DNA of 64,000 nt from a virus, in the UHGV virus genome UHGV-2111131. One strand, given 5' to 3'. Each line of letters opens with the position of its first letter. Within the stretch, counting starts at the first letter, position 1. A program made the position numbers and the translations under genes. Below the pieces are notes generated by a model that was given only the letters and a program-made list of their open reading frames with translations, searched no databases and was not told the DNA's origin. This document shows positions 63,345-64,000 of the stretch, one piece after another.

Positions 63345-64000
63345 CTATTGCGCGCTTTCGGGGTTGTCGTTTACTGGCTGCCCCTTCTTAGTTTTACGGC
63401 TGCGCGTAACTGATGCGGCTGATTTGACCTTTTTCTCTTCGCGAGTGATGGCAATTTGTTTTTTTACATTTTCAATATCTGCCAGGCGATATATTTTTGC
63501 CTGCGGCCAGCGGTCGCAGATGATCGGTTCTATAGAGTCATAAAGGCTAAATTTTGCTTTTTCGAATTCACCGTTGATGATAATTCCATCACGGAGAGTT
63601 TCATCGCAGATAAACACGCCACACAGTGGCACATGGTAACTAACTGATTTACCATCATTGTAGTTAGGGCTACTGGAAATGTAGTGGACGCGCAGCATTG
63701 TTTCGCTAAAGCCGTGTACACGCATACGGAATTTTTCATCCTCCGGGTACTGCTTCATTAGCTCTTTTGTTGCTTCCAGGTTCTCTATGTATTTCGCACT
63801 GTGCTCATTGATCCCCGCGCTTTTCTGGATGCGAATGTCCTTATCAATCAGATGAATAATGCGGCCAGCGGTCATGTTGACGCTGTTCACAGCTTCTGTC
63901 TGATAAGTTGTAACCTTACGCACACCGCGAAGGATGTTAGGCACTGGATATAAAATAGTCTTTGGGATATTGAGGTCTGGGTACTGTTCCAGTTCCCGCG
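63345..64000 (-). CDS. c1: C1 repressor of lysis, C-terminal ~218 codons; start beyond window end
   Basis: Frame open to window end; PNILRGVRKVTTYQTEAVNSVNMTAGRIIHLIDKD...; cognate operators present throughout the window. Confidence 0.9.
   Translation of the reverse strand, partial: RELEQYPDLNIPKTILYPVPNILRGVRKVTTYQTEAVNSVNMTAGRIIHLIDKDIRIQKSAGINEHSAKYIENLEATKELMKQYPEDEKFRMRVHGFSETMLRVHYISSSPNYNDGKSVSYHVPLCGVFICDETLRDGIIINGEFEKAKFSLYDSIEPIICDRWPQAKIYRLADIENVKKQIAITREEKKVKSAASVTRSRKTKKGQPVNDNPESAQ

Overview
The window reads as one continuous backbone segment of a P1-like temperate phage-plasmid (a myovirus that lysogenises as a low-copy plasmid). No searches could be run: calls rest on motifs read directly from the translations plus gene order and protein lengths recalled for phage P1, so P1 gene names are synteny-based unless a motif is quoted. 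All coordinates except those taken from the ORF track are approximate to a few nt. Layout, left to right: tail fibre gene (minus strand, runs off the window start, which is why the ORF track misses it) and tail/baseplate/injection genes including a 1263-aa Sit-like transglycosylase (1-12.8 kb); two secreted sim-like proteins; immunity region immI (c4 antisense RNA, icd, ant); kilA-repL; a hok/mok/sok-type toxin-antitoxin locus missed by the ORF track; late operon with tail sheath and putative major capsid; parS-parB-parA; a two-gene insertion with a T5orf172-like protein; incA iterons-repA-oriR; an envelope-targeted gene cluster; a repressor-controlled uhr-hrdC-dmt operon; a tRNA region (Asn, Thr, CAU) dense in repeated stem-loops; tciABC and the ban helicase; baseplate operon; about 13 kb of small early/accessory genes; LexA-box humD, phd-doc, lpa, pacA with the pac site, pacB, and the 3' part of c1. 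At least eight copies of the 17-bp C1 operator ATTGCTCTAATAAATTT are present. Two N-runs interrupt genes. No single clearly novel multi-gene system stands out; the best candidates are the structured RNA region around the tRNAs, the hok-like locus, the T5orf172 insertion and the SimC/Sit shared motif.
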